Part shown: positions 52,933-63,374 of the stretch, in pieces | How the letters are laid out: the number at the start of each line of letters is the position of its first letter | Position numbering within the stretch: position 1 is the first letter of the stretch | Source: Prevotella sp. | GTDB lineage: Bacteria; Bacteroidota; Bacteroidia; Bacteroidales; Dysgonomonadaceae | Direction of reading: 5' to 3' | DNA length: 64,000 nt | NCBI GenBank assembly: GCA_031285625.1 | Contig: JAITVV010000095.1 | Span: 96,001 to 160,000 of the forward strand | The notes under the pieces: model-generated | Told to the model about the DNA's origin: nothing | The model's database searches: none | Seen by the model: the letters and a program-made list of their open reading frames with translations, nothing else | Made by a program: the position numbers and the translations under genes

Positions 52933-53019
52933 AGGCTGTTTCAGTACTCTTTTTGTCATTCTGAATACAATGAAGAATATTCAACATAACAGAGAAACAG
53001 TAGTATCCTGGAACAGCCT
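52933..53019. mobile_element. Nested MITE/REP-like element, copy 3 (internally deleted)
   Basis: aggctgtttcag / ctggaacagcct outer IR; inner ttgtcattctgaatacaatgaagaat-a-ttcaacataacagaga matches both ends of the inner unit of copies 1 and 2. Confidence 0.65.
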
Positions 53020-53023
53020 TATT

Positions 53024-53737
53024 TTACATCTTTAGATAAAAATCTTTTACTAAAGCAGTAAATTCATCTGAGTAAACATGTCTTTCCTTTTCTATCAGCA
53101 AATCTGTTTCCACTAATGGTAGTTCATTTTTAGATAGTTCTACAAGGATACGCTTGGATACAGATGAAGGAGTAGGAAACACATTGGTTATACGCGAGAC
53201 AAACAGATTGTTTTGCCCGGCCAGACTTACCAATATATTTTTATAGTCGCATGGATAAATAACAGATAACTTCCCCCGTTCAGATAATAACCGGGATGAT
53301 ATACTGATCAAATCCTCAACAGGCAGACTATCGGCATGGCGGGCTAGTGTTCTTCCCTGATGTGGAGACTTCAATGATTCAATAAAAAATGGAGGATTGG
53401 AGATAATAGCATCATATTTCTTCAATGGATACGATACTAAATCCTGCAATGACTTTTCAACGCATTGAATTCGTGAAGCAAAAGGCGATTCCCCAACATT
53501 TTCGGCTGATTGCACTATGGCATCCGTATCAATATCAATCGCATCGATAGTTGCATTACTATTTCGCTGGGCAATCATTAAAGCAATCAGGCCGGTTCCT
53601 GTTCCTATATCAAGCACATAACGAGCATCTGAAACATCAGTCCAAGCGCCAAGTAACACACCATCCGTGCCCACTTTCATAGCGCAACGATCATGATATA
53701 TCGTAAATTGCTTAAATTGAAAATAAGGATTTGGCAT
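53024..53737 (-). CDS. tRNA1(Val) A37 N6-methyltransferase (YfiC/TrmN6-like)
   Basis: FQFKQF, MKVGTDGVLLGAW, DIGTGTG, SNPPFF, ARH, DFYL. Confidence 0.9.
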   Translation of the reverse strand: MPNPYFQFKQFTIYHDRCAMKVGTDGVLLGAWTDVSDARYVLDIGTGTGLIALMIAQRNSNATIDAIDIDTDAIVQSAENVGESPFASRIQCVEKSLQDLVSYPLKKYDAIISNPPFFIESLKSPHQGRTLARHADSLPVEDLISISSRLLSERGKLSVIYPCDYKNILVSLAGQNNLFVSRITNVFPTPSSVSKRILVELSKNELPLVETDLLIEKERHVYSDEFTALVKDFYLKM

Positions 53738-53738
53738 A

Positions 53739-54356
53739 CTATTTCAGCACTGCTTTTACTTTAATCCAACCAAGATTTTCATCATTGATATCCCTTTCAT
53801 AATAGTAAACATCCCCATCTCGCAGAAAAACCATATTCAACAGTCTTTCATCATCAAACAACCCTTCGCATCCTGTTGGAATAAGAAACATATCGAATAG
53901 CTCTTTCCATTCACCACTTTTATAAGTATATGTCATCCAATGATAAACACATTCATTCATCGGAGCTTGAAATACGCTAAACTCGTCTGCCCCGTCACCA
54001 TTCAAGTCTCCTTCGAAAACAAGTGTTGCATCACAACAGCCAATAGACAAATCTGCAATTTCCTTATTTGAAAAACGAACAGCATATTCTTCTGCTATTG
54101 CATTGTCATCGTCAATTGGATTACCTTCACCTTCTCTTACTTTCACGATATAGGCATATTCGTCAGAGCTTCTCCCATCAAAATTTCCACTAATCCTTTG
54201 TCCTACCCTGGATTCCTCTACAATGTTTTCCTTTATAGTATCATCTGCCATAGAATTATTATCTTCTGTTTGTATATTTACATTTCTACCTGAACAGGAA
54301 ATCAATGCAAATAAGGTCAACATACAAAGGAGTTTATTTATCATATTATCACTCAT
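53739..54356 (-). CDS. Hypothetical lipoprotein with DxDGD-type Ca-binding motifs
   Basis: Lipobox LISC; GNFDG and EGDLNGDGADE. Confidence 0.7.
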   Translation of the reverse strand: MSDNMINKLLCMLTLFALISCSGRNVNIQTEDNNSMADDTIKENIVEESRVGQRISGNFDGRSSDEYAYIVKVREGEGNPIDDDNAIAEEYAVRFSNKEIADLSIGCCDATLVFEGDLNGDGADEFSVFQAPMNECVYHWMTYTYKSGEWKELFDMFLIPTGCEGLFDDERLLNMVFLRDGDVYYYERDINDENLGWIKVKAVLK

Positions 54357-54376
54357 TAAAAAATCTATAGTATTTA

Positions 54377-54392
54377 TGGCATAAATTTTGTT
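54377..54392 (+). promoter_or_regulatory. Candidate sigma54-like promoter of lon
   Basis: tggcataaattttgtt, same pattern as before grpE. Confidence 0.5.
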
Positions 54393-54483
54393 ATATATTA
54401 AAACAAAGTTAGTTATAATTCTGTATTTTTACAGCCCTTTTGCGGTAAGGGAATATAATTCAATAAAAACAAGGTAATTAAAT

Positions 54484-56967
54484 ATGTTCAACAAAAAGAA
54501 AGATTTACTCAGCCTCGAAGAAAATAGCGAACCCGTTATTTCGATCATTTCCAATGACTTCGACGATGGGGACTGCTATATAAACGAAAAAGATTTAAAG
54601 GAAGAACTGGCTATTCTTCCCCTGCGAAATACAGTTATATTTCCGGGAACGAGTATGCCTATCTCGGTAGCGCGGAAGAAGTCACTGAAATTAATTAAAA
54701 GCGTAAATCGTCAGAAAGGGAAATATGTAGGTCTTATCTGCCAAAAAGACGCAGAAAATGAAGACCCGGAATTAAACGATTTATACTCAATGGGTGTGAT
54801 CGCTGAGATAATACGGGTGATAGAGCTTCCCGACGATGAAAATGTAACTGTCATCTTTCAGGGTAAGAAACGTTTTCGCCTGACAGAACTGACACAAACA
54901 GAACCATATCTGAAAGGACATTATGAATACAGGGATAGCGTTCCGGTACTGAAAACAGATACCGAATACAAAGCACTACTGGATTCGATACGTGACTTGA
55001 TGATTCAGATGCTGCGTATGTACGGCGAACCGCCAAAAGAATTTATACAACGGATTAAATCAGATGTTGTATCTTCTCTTTTAGTCAATTACTGCTGTGC
55101 TAATCTGCCTGTTTCAGGCGCAGAAAAACAAGCACTACTGGAGATCGATGACGAAAAAGAACGTGCTTACCGTTTGCTGGTTATCCTCAATCGTGAGACA
55201 CAAATGATGGAGATGAAGCTCAACATACAGATGAAAACACGTGAAGAGCTGAATCAACAACAGAAGGAATATTTCCTGCAACAGCAAATTAAAACTATTC
55301 AGGACGAGTTGGGAGGTAATCCTCAACAAGCCGATCTTGAAGAATTTAAGTTGAGAGCTGCTAAGAAAAAATGGGGAAAAGAAGTAGCGGAGATTTTCGA
55401 AAAAGAAATGAATAAGCTTGAACGCTTACATCCTCAGTCACCAGACTACTCTACCCAGTATACATATATAGAAACTGTTCTTGATCTGCCTTGGGGAGAG
55501 TATACAAAAGATAACTTCAATCTTAAGAACGCCCAAAAAGTACTGGATCAGGATCATTTTGGACTGGAAAAAGTAAAAGAGCGTATTATAGAACACCTGG
55601 CTGTTCTAAAACTAAAAGGCGATTTAAAATCACCTATTATCTGCCTATACGGTCCTCCGGGGGTAGGGAAAACCTCTTTGGGAAAATCCGTAGCAAAAGC
55701 ATTGAACCGTAATTATATACGGGTTTCGCTAGGAGGCTTGCACGACGAATCAGAGATACGCGGACACCGACGTACTTATATTGGAGCCATGCCCGGACGT
55801 ATTATTCAGAATATACTGAAGGCAGGTTCTTCAAATCCGGTATTTGTATTGGATGAAATAGATAAAATAGGTAGTGACTTCAAGGGAGACCCTTCATCTG
55901 CACTATTGGAAGTATTAGACCCCGAACAGAACTCAACATTCCACGATAATTATCTGAATATAGATTACGATTTATCTAAAGTAATGTTTCTGGCAACAGC
56001 GAATAATCTTTCCACTATTTCGCAACCACTGCTCGACCGTATGGAACTAATCGATGTAAGCGGCTATATCATTGAAGAAAAGATAGAGATTGCACGGCGT
56101 CACCTGATTCCAAAGCAAATGGAGAATCACGGGTTGCCAAAAGATTCTATTGACATTCCGAAAAAAACAATCGAAAAAATAGTAGAGAGCTACACCCGCG
56201 AATCGGGAGTACGTGAGCTTGATAAGAAGATAGCTAAAATAATGCGTAAAGTAGCACGCAAGGTTGCTTCAGAGGAGGAATATAAAAAAGCAATCGATCC
56301 GGAAGACCTGCACGAATACCTGGGTGCCGTAGAATATACAAGAGACCAGTATCAGGGGAATAACTACGCAGGTGTAGTTACAGGACTAGCCTGGACATCT
56401 GTAGGCGGTGAAATCCTATTTATAGAAACATCACTAAGCAAGGGTAAAGGAGGTAAACTAACCCTTACCGGGAACCTTGGGGATGTGATGAAAGAATCTG
56501 CTGTGCTTGCATTGGAATACCTACACTCACATGGTAGCCATTGGGGTATTGATGAAAAAATCTTTGAGAACTGGAACGTACATGTCCACGTACCCGAAGG
56601 TGCTATACCTAAAGATGGCCCGTCGGCCGGAATAACAATGGTAACATCACTGGCTTCGGCATTTACTCAAAGAAAAGTAAGACCAAATCTGGCCATGACA
56701 GGAGAGATAACCCTGCGAGGGAAAGTGCTGCCTGTAGGTGGAATACGTGAGAAAATACTTGCAGCAAAACGTGCCGGAATCAAAGAAATTATCCTTTGCA
56801 AAGAGAATAAGAAAAATATAGATGAAATAAAACCTCTTTATCTGAAAGGGCTTACATTCCACTATGTAGATGATATAAAGCAAGTACTGGATATCGCCCT
56901 CCTAAAAGAAAAAGTAAAGGATCCTTTGGATTTGACAGTGAAAGAAGAAAAAGAAAAAGCGAACTGA
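54484..56967 (+). CDS. lon: ATP-dependent protease La
   Basis: [42 protein letters not shown] catalytic dyad. Confidence 0.97.
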   Translation: MFNKKKDLLSLEENSEPVISIISNDFDDGDCYINEKDLKEELAILPLRNTVIFPGTSMPISVARKKSLKLIKSVNRQKGKYVGLICQKDAENEDPELNDLYSMGVIAEIIRVIELPDDENVTVIFQGKKRFRLTELTQTEPYLKGHYEYRDSVPVLKTDTEYKALLDSIRDLMIQMLRMYGEPPKEFIQRIKSDVVSSLLVNYCCANLPVSGAEKQALLEIDDEKERAYRLLVILNRETQMMEMKLNIQMKTREELNQQQKEYFLQQQIKTIQDELGGNPQQADLEEFKLRAAKKKWGKEVAEIFEKEMNKLERLHPQSPDYSTQYTYIETVLDLPWGEYTKDNFNLKNAQKVLDQDHFGLEKVKERIIEHLAVLKLKGDLKSPIICLYGPPGVGKTSLGKSVAKALNRNYIRVSLGGLHDESEIRGHRRTYIGAMPGRIIQNILKAGSSNPVFVLDEIDKIGSDFKGDPSSALLEVLDPEQNSTFHDNYLNIDYDLSKVMFLATANNLSTISQPLLDRMELIDVSGYIIEEKIEIARRHLIPKQMENHGLPKDSIDIPKKTIEKIVESYTRESGVRELDKKIAKIMRKVARKVASEEEYKKAIDPEDLHEYLGAVEYTRDQYQGNNYAGVVTGLAWTSVGGEILFIETSLSKGKGGKLTLTGNLGDVMKESAVLALEYLHSHGSHWGIDEKIFENWNVHVHVPEGAIPKDGPSAGITMVTSLASAFTQRKVRPNLAMTGEITLRGKVLPVGGIREKILAAKRAGIKEIILCKENKKNIDEIKPLYLKGLTFHYVDDIKQVLDIALLKEKVKDPLDLTVKEEKEKAN

Positions 56968-56981
56968 TAAATAATATGAAT

Positions 56982-57023
56982 AAATAAAAAAGTGCAAATC
57001 AATTGATTTGCACTTTTTTATTT
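56982..57023. terminator. lon terminator (42-bp perfect palindrome)
   Basis: aaataaaaaagtgcaaatcaa|ttgatttgcacttttttattt. Confidence 0.8.
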
Positions 57024-57063
57024 TAATTTGTAGATTTACCGGACAAACTTTATTTATACCAAT

Positions 57064-58341
57064 ATGAAACGTGTCAAAGTCCTTTTATTACTGATAATGA
57101 CGCTTGTCACAGGTGTCATATCTTCTCAAACTGTAAAACCTATCAATGCTGAAATATTGCCTAACACCGCACTCCAAGAAGAAACACCAGAGTATAAAAA
57201 ATATACACTCCTGATAGAGAAACTAAATGAAGGTGAAAAGACATTGGAGAATCTGGATAAAAGCGAGATCAGCCTGATGAAAAAACATGACCCTCATTAT
57301 CCTGATGGTTATAATGAATTTCCCTTTAACTGGAGCATACTGGGTCCCGGATGTAGCTGGTACTGCGGAGCACAATATGAGACCAAAGTATCTTCATCGC
57401 TAGAGGCACAAGGTAATAATGTATATTCTGAAAAATCGATAGGAGATGATGATGTACGCAGCGCATGGGTTGAAGGAGCCGAAGGATACGGAATAGGCGA
57501 ATACGTGGAATTCATATTTGATTATAATGCTCCCCGTGCAACAAGTGTGACTATATCCAATGGGTATAACAAAAGTGCAACAGCATGGAAAAACAATTCA
57601 CGGGTAAAAACCCTGAATATATATGAAGATGATAAATTACTGATGACAGTTAATCTGGCAGATACACGCGACTTGCAGCGATTTGACCTGCCGCATCCTA
57701 TACCTAACCGTAAAGGAGAATCGGGAATGTCGGATCGTGACGAAAACAAACCTCCGGTACGTCTCAGGATGATGATCAGTGAAGTGTACAAAGGCGATAA
57801 ATATGACGATACAGCTATTAGCGAAATCTTATTTGACGGGATGGATGTACATTGCTTGTTGGAAGGAACAATGATAACAATGGCTGACAGGAAAGAACAG
57901 GCTATTGAAAATGTAAAAGTCGGTCAAAAAGTATTGGCATGGAATCCGGTAAAGAAGAAGATGGAAAAACAAGAGGTGGTAAGAATCCACACAGCACAAC
58001 ACTCTGCATCGGAAATGATTTCCATACACTATAAGCTAAATAAGGAGATGACCCTGTCACTGACTGCTGACCATCCCGTTTATAGCATTACGGGCTGGGT
58101 TTCAGCTAATCCGGAAGCCACAGCAAATTACCAGAGGTACACAGGAGTAAAGGTCGGAAAATTGGATGCAAATACTATATTATACAGAGCTTCGGTAGAT
58201 GGCAGATCTTTAATAAAGAAGAGGATCAACTCAATACAGAGTTTTGAGAGTAAAGATGATGTGATACTTAATACTTACACCCTCGAACTGGATGGTAACG
58301 GTATCTTTTTTGCCAACGGTTTTGCAGTAGGACAAGAGTAA
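57064..58341 (+). CDS. Secreted protein: NADase-type glycan-binding/discoidin-like domain plus C-terminal Hint domain
   Basis: Signal peptide; CSWYC, AWVEG, NGYNKS..W..NSRVK, DTAISE; then H|CLLEGTMITMAD..IENVKVGQKV, LTADHP, YTLEL...FFANG. Confidence 0.82.
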   Translation: MKRVKVLLLLIMTLVTGVISSQTVKPINAEILPNTALQEETPEYKKYTLLIEKLNEGEKTLENLDKSEISLMKKHDPHYPDGYNEFPFNWSILGPGCSWYCGAQYETKVSSSLEAQGNNVYSEKSIGDDDVRSAWVEGAEGYGIGEYVEFIFDYNAPRATSVTISNGYNKSATAWKNNSRVKTLNIYEDDKLLMTVNLADTRDLQRFDLPHPIPNRKGESGMSDRDENKPPVRLRMMISEVYKGDKYDDTAISEILFDGMDVHCLLEGTMITMADRKEQAIENVKVGQKVLAWNPVKKKMEKQEVVRIHTAQHSASEMISIHYKLNKEMTLSLTADHPVYSITGWVSANPEATANYQRYTGVKVGKLDANTILYRASVDGRSLIKKRINSIQSFESKDDVILNTYTLELDGNGIFFANGFAVGQE

Positions 58342-58377
58342 TGTACTCGAAGATATCAATAGTCTCTTTAAATATTT

Positions 58378-58410
58378 AATAAGTGTAAATCCAAACGATT
58401 TACACTTATT
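58378..58410 (+). terminator. Terminator after the Hint-domain gene
   Basis: aataagtgtaaatc / gatttacacttatt. Confidence 0.7.
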
Positions 58411-58444
58411 TGTTTTAAACTATTTTGCTACATTTGCACTACTT

Positions 58445-59002
58445 ATGGCGAACAATCAAAGTATGAGCGAAAACTTCAAACTAATCAACAGATATGCTAT
58501 GCATTATGGTCTGTTGCTCGGATTATTCTGGGTGATCAGATATGCATTCCTTATAGTAGCAGGGATAGGTGTATCTGACAGATTTGCGTTTGTATTCTAC
58601 TTACTGAATATAGTAACTCTGCTCATAGTATATATTTTCTATTATAAATTCAAGTCTTCGGACCTGGACAAACCAAAGAGTGCCTGGCAATGTATCGGAT
58701 TTACAGTCTTGATGTGTTTCTTTGCATCCTTCCTCGAAGGAGCTGTGATGTATGCACACTTTCAGTTTATCGATCCCGCATACTTTACACATATGATAGA
58801 ACCATTTCTGAAGAGCATAGATACGACTCCAAGAATGGCTTTTATATCTGAAGCTGAATTTGTGGAAGTAAAGAGGATGATGGTAAGTATATATTCGAGC
58901 AAGCTTACATATATTGCATTCGAATTTATAAAAAACATATTTCTGGGGTTCTTTCTTAGTCTTATACTGAACTTTGTAGTCAAAGTGAATAAAAGTAAAT
59001 GA
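58445..59002 (+). CDS. DUF4199-like membrane protein
   Basis: YAMHYGLLLG, four TMs, FIDPAY; tacatttg box at 58429. Confidence 0.75.
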   Translation: MANNQSMSENFKLINRYAMHYGLLLGLFWVIRYAFLIVAGIGVSDRFAFVFYLLNIVTLLIVYIFYYKFKSSDLDKPKSAWQCIGFTVLMCFFASFLEGAVMYAHFQFIDPAYFTHMIEPFLKSIDTTPRMAFISEAEFVEVKRMMVSIYSSKLTYIAFEFIKNIFLGFFLSLILNFVVKVNKSK

Positions 59003-59011
59003 TCGTACATT

Positions 59012-59962
59012 ATGGATATTTCAGTAGTTATACCTTTATTAAATGAAGAGGAATCGCTCCGCGAACTCCATACATGGATAAAACGGGTAATGAATGAGAA
59101 TGGATTTTCTTATGAGATCATCTTTGTGGATGATGGCAGCAGAGATCGTTCATGGGATATCATATGCGATCTTAAGAAAATAGACGATAATGTAAAAGCA
59201 ATCCGTTTTCGCCGCAACTATGGTAAATCACCGGCCTTGCATTGCGCTTTCGGCAGAGCTGTGGGGGATGTCGTGATTACGATGGATGCTGATCTGCAGG
59301 ATAGTCCGGATGAAATACCGGCTCTATATAAAATGATCAAGGAAGATGGTAATGATCTTGTTTCCGGCTGGAAAAAGAAACGCTACGATCCGTTATCCAA
59401 AACATTACCAACTAAATTATTTAATGCTACAGCAAGAAAAGTATCGGGAGTGAAACTCCACGACTTCAACTGCGGACTAAAATCATACAAAAAAGAAGTA
59501 GTAAAGAGCATAGAGATATATAACGATATGCACCGCTACATCCCATATCTGGCCAAGATAGCGGGATTTACCAAAATAACAGAAAAGGAAGTACACCACC
59601 AGGCACGGAAATATGGTAAAAGTAAGTTTGCCGGACTAAGCCGTTTTGTAAATGGTTATCTCGATTTGCTCACCCTTTGGTTTTTGTCTGTGTTCGGCCG
59701 CAAACCAATGCATTTTTTTGGTCTGTGGGGTACTGTTATGTTTGCTCTGGGATTTCTGGCAGCTATCATTTTAGGTGCAAATAAACTATATGCAATAAGT
59801 CAGGATATAGCCCATCCACTTGTTACCAGTTCACCTTATTTTTATATTGCACTGACAATGATGATACTGGGTACACAATTATTCTTAGCCGGGTTCTTGG
59901 GTGAAATTGTCTCCCGTAGTTCGACCGAAAGGAATAACTATAAGATTGAAGAAGAACTATAA
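59012..59962 (+). CDS. GT2 polyprenol-phosphate glycosyltransferase (ArnC/GtrB-like)
   Basis: VVIPLLNEEE, VDDGSRD, RNYGKS, MDADLQD, HDFNCG, two C-terminal TMs. Confidence 0.9.
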   Translation: MDISVVIPLLNEEESLRELHTWIKRVMNENGFSYEIIFVDDGSRDRSWDIICDLKKIDDNVKAIRFRRNYGKSPALHCAFGRAVGDVVITMDADLQDSPDEIPALYKMIKEDGNDLVSGWKKKRYDPLSKTLPTKLFNATARKVSGVKLHDFNCGLKSYKKEVVKSIEIYNDMHRYIPYLAKIAGFTKITEKEVHHQARKYGKSKFAGLSRFVNGYLDLLTLWFLSVFGRKPMHFFGLWGTVMFALGFLAAIILGANKLYAISQDIAHPLVTSSPYFYIALTMMILGTQLFLAGFLGEIVSRSSTERNNYKIEEEL

Positions 59963-60001
59963 TTGATGCTCTAGCAGCATTGATTACCTACTATAAAACT
60001 A

Positions 60002-60520
60002 ATGCAACTAAAAGAACTCATCGAAAAGCGCTACTCAGTGAGGGCTTATTTGTCACAACCTGTTGAGACAGATAAAATAAATTACATTCTGGAGTGTGCC
60101 CAACAGTCTCCTTCTGCAAATAACTTGCAACCATGGAAATTCTACATTGTAACTAACGAAAATACAATACAAAAAATACAGGAATCGTACAACAGGGAAT
60201 GGTTTAAAACCGCGCCTATGCATATTGTAGTCTGCAAAGACTCGTCTGTATCCTGGAAAAGAAATAACACTGACGGAAAAGATTTTGGAGATGTGGATGC
60301 CAGTATTGCTGCCGAGCATATTTGTCTAGCAGCTGCCGAAATCGGACTCGGTACATGTTGGGTATGTAACTTTATACCGGATATTCTCCGGGAAGCTCTC
60401 AATATACCTGATCATCTGGAGCCTGTGGCAATATTCCCTATCGGATATATAGATACTGAAAAAAGCTCGTGGAACGAAAAGAAACGTAAACCTCTTTCAG
60501 ACATCACAGAATGGATATAG
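60002..60520 (+). CDS. Nitroreductase family protein
   Basis: RYSVRAY, PSANNLQPW, GLGTCW, PIGY. Confidence 0.9.
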   Translation: MQLKELIEKRYSVRAYLSQPVETDKINYILECAQQSPSANNLQPWKFYIVTNENTIQKIQESYNREWFKTAPMHIVVCKDSSVSWKRNNTDGKDFGDVDASIAAEHICLAAAEIGLGTCWVCNFIPDILREALNIPDHLEPVAIFPIGYIDTEKSSWNEKKRKPLSDITEWI

Positions 60521-61074
60521 TTCAGATTATTGTTTTAGCTATAGGCCTATCTATGGATAGTCTGGTTATCGCACTAACCAGTGGTGCCATTATAGGTAAC
60601 CACAAAACAATAAATATCCTCAAGATAGCAGGTATGCTTGCCTTTATGCAAATGAGCCTGACTGTCTTTGGATGGTATATAGGTTCTACCTTTGCGCAAT
60701 ATATCGACCAGTATGACCATTGGCTTGCATTCGGGATACTATTCTTTTTAGGCGCAAGAGTCATCTTTACCAGCCTGAAAGGAGATGAGAACAATACCCC
60801 ATTCAATCCCCTCAATTTTAAAGTCATGTTAAGCCTTGGGATTGCTACAAGCATAGATGCTACAGCAGTAGGGCTATCGATGTCTTTTATTAATATAAAT
60901 ATTCTGACACCTGCAATTATTATAGGAGCTGTTACACTTATCGTTTCATCATTGGGAGTTATATTTGGCAGTAAAGTAGGACAGCGCTACAATCTGAGAA
61001 TAAATATACTTGGAGGTATTATACTTCTCCTTATCGGATGCAGTATCTTACTACAGCACACGATACTACATTAA
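60511..61074 (+). CDS. mntP: Manganese efflux pump MntP
   Basis: LSMDS, DHW, ATSIDA motifs; six TMs. Confidence 0.88.
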   Translation: MDIVQIIVLAIGLSMDSLVIALTSGAIIGNHKTINILKIAGMLAFMQMSLTVFGWYIGSTFAQYIDQYDHWLAFGILFFLGARVIFTSLKGDENNTPFNPLNFKVMLSLGIATSIDATAVGLSMSFININILTPAIIIGAVTLIVSSLGVIFGSKVGQRYNLRINILGGIILLLIGCSILLQHTILH

Positions 61075-61207
61075 GCAAAACCTGTTTACAATATTAAAGT
61101 CTTGTTAAATAAACAAAAGAATCAAACCTTATATTTCACAGGTATGTTATTTTTAATAGATAAGCTATTATATTTGCTTGTAGTATAACTCATAAAACTC
61201 AGAACAA

Positions 61208-61462
61208 ATGACATTTATATTTTTCTTAATATTTGCCATTGTTATATTTGGAATAATGTTGATCCTCACATTAGTAAGAGGAATATCTTCATTTATATTT
61301 GGTAAACCAAGCTCTTCTTTCTCAGGGTCGGGTTATCAGACTACAAGCGGTTTCTCGGGAGGCCGCGAAAAAAGCCAGCACAATGGAACTGCAAAAACTC
61401 ATCATAAAGTATTCTCAAAAGACGAAGGAGAATATGTAAAATATGAAGAAATAAAAGAATAG
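61208..61462 (+). CDS. Small membrane protein (DUF4834-like)
   Basis: N-terminal TM; C-terminal KVFSKDEGEYVKYEEIK. Confidence 0.75.
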   Translation: MTFIFFLIFAIVIFGIMLILTLVRGISSFIFGKPSSSFSGSGYQTTSGFSGGREKSQHNGTAKTHHKVFSKDEGEYVKYEEIKE

Positions 61463-61484
61463 GAACCCCTTCAAATAGAAAAAG

Positions 61485-61519
61485 AAAAGCAGCATACTAG
61501 AAGTATGCTGCTTTTTTTT
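61485..61519. terminator. Bidirectional terminator
   Basis: aaaagcagcatact / agtatgctgctttt between convergent genes. Confidence 0.78.
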
Positions 61520-61531
61520 ATTGAGAATTGG

Positions 61532-62200
61532 CTACATTATAGCATTACCGTTAATACTTAGCTTAAAACTCAGGTGTAGAAAACCGGCTGCTTTACGCGA
61601 CAGCAACATACGTTCCATAAAGATCTCAAAATAATCCATTACCGCACTTATCTCCGTATCGATAGTCAGATAAAGCGTTATTGTTTTATTCTCCTTATCC
61701 AGCACCAGGTCTGATTTCTCCACAGCATAATTTACCCTGTCGTGGATATCCGAATATATTGTTTCCTTGTTGCGCACACGGCTTCGGCGTACATCTGTTT
61801 TATCTGCAATAATAATTGCTGCGGCTACAGCATTGACAGGGAAGGCAGTCTTCTCATCATGATTTCCAATAGCTGTGATAACTGTTGCTGTATCTTCAGC
61901 TTCCATTCCCATTTTATCCAGAATACGAAAAGCCATTACCGCACCGCTTTGCGCATGATCTGCACGGTTTATCACATTCCCTATATCGTGCATATATGCT
62001 GCTATTTTTGCTAGCTCCACATCATGGTCATTGTATCCCAGATCTCTTAGCAATCCACCTGCTACCTCAGCGCATTTAGTTGCATGAGCAAAGCTATGTT
62101 CGGTAAATCCCATAACTGCCAATGAAGCATCTGCCTGTTTTATATATGTTCTTATTTCCTGAGAGTTTTTTATATCCGCAAAAGTTACTTTACGTGCCAT
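61532..62200 (-). CDS. HD-domain phosphohydrolase
   Basis: TEHSFAH, MHDIGN, HA, GNHDE, IADK. Confidence 0.88.
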   Translation of the reverse strand: MARKVTFADIKNSQEIRTYIKQADASLAVMGFTEHSFAHATKCAEVAGGLLRDLGYNDHDVELAKIAAYMHDIGNVINRADHAQSGAVMAFRILDKMGMEAEDTATVITAIGNHDEKTAFPVNAVAAAIIIADKTDVRRSRVRNKETIYSDIHDRVNYAVEKSDLVLDKENKTITLYLTIDTEISAVMDYFEIFMERMLLSRKAAGFLHLSFKLSINGNAIM

Positions 62201-62297
62201 ATTTTATAAATTCAGATTATGAGTGCGCAAATATATTTATTTTTGTACTTTTAAAACCAATATTTAGCATTTGAAAAATAAAAATTAGTATTAAATT

Positions 62298-63374
62298 ATG
62301 AAGAAAGTATTAAAATTTATACTTATTCTCCTACTTGTTTTGGTAGCCTTTCTAGCTATTTTTGCCATCATTATAAAAATCAAAAATGAGTCTTTTATAG
62401 GATCTACGGATAAAAATTTTGTAGCATATCTTGAGAATAATAAAGCTATATTTAATCATAAAACACTTACAGACGGCGATCGTCAATCCATTTTTAATGA
62501 TAATGTATATGACAATAATATAATATTACTAGGTGAAACTCATGGTTATGCTGATGTACAAACTATTGACAAAGCCCTGATTCTCCATTTTAACAAGATA
62601 AAAGGCACCCGTTATTATATTGCAGAGATGGATAGTCTTGTAGCCGGTAGTTTGAATACTTTTCTGAGTGGAAACGAAAAAGACTTGTCTTTGCTACAAG
62701 ATGTCGTAAAAAGTGTAAAGAAGCGAATACCTCAACAGGGAGGTAAAGAATTATTCCAAAAATGGTCTGACATCTATGACTATAATAAAAGTTTGCCTGA
62801 TTCAGCAAAAATCACAGTAATTGGAGTCGACAAAAATCTGGGTGATACGACCAAAATATCCAGAGATTCAGCTATGATTGTTAACTTTACAAATAGTGTT
62901 AAGGAATTGAAACTGGAAAACGAATCTTTCTATGGTTTGTTCGGAATGTTCCATACATTACAGGAAGGAATAAATAAGAATAATGCACGTTCCTTTGCTG
63001 CACGTCTAAAGTCGAGAGGTTTTGATATAAAAAGTATAGCATGTCTCAATATTGAAAGTGAAGTCTATTTCCCAAAAATGGAAGAGTTTCCAAGTCCTGA
63101 AGATGAAAAGCTAACATTATTAAATATGAATGGCCCATTAGTTATCGTTAATGGTATAAATGATTTGAAAGAGGCATCAGAAAAAAATACTATAACCTTA
63201 TTTAATCTGGAAAGAGATGACTCACCTTATAGAAACAGTACACGACTGATGCAAATTAAGACAAACTTTCTGAATCAGGATATGTCTCCCTATGATGAAA
63301 CCCTATCTGCAACAGACTTTATGCAATATATAATATTCTTACGAGGAGCTAAACCCATTACACCTTTAGAATAA
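62298..63374 (+). CDS. Membrane-anchored hypothetical protein (EreA/TIKI-like motifs)
   Basis: N-terminal TM; ILLGETHG, YIAE, GVD, RD, FGMFH. Confidence 0.6.
   Translation: MKKVLKFILILLLVLVAFLAIFAIIIKIKNESFIGSTDKNFVAYLENNKAIFNHKTLTDGDRQSIFNDNVYDNNIILLGETHGYADVQTIDKALILHFNKIKGTRYYIAEMDSLVAGSLNTFLSGNEKDLSLLQDVVKSVKKRIPQQGGKELFQKWSDIYDYNKSLPDSAKITVIGVDKNLGDTTKISRDSAMIVNFTNSVKELKLENESFYGLFGMFHTLQEGINKNNARSFAARLKSRGFDIKSIACLNIESEVYFPKMEEFPSPEDEKLTLLNMNGPLVIVNGINDLKEASEKNTITLFNLERDDSPYRNSTRLMQIKTNFLNQDMSPYDETLSATDFMQYIIFLRGAKPITPLE

Noticed and set aside
57853-58341. Hint domain as a classical intein or pretoxin Hint
   Set aside because: There is no terminal His-Asn, no C-extein or toxin domain, and no immunity gene.
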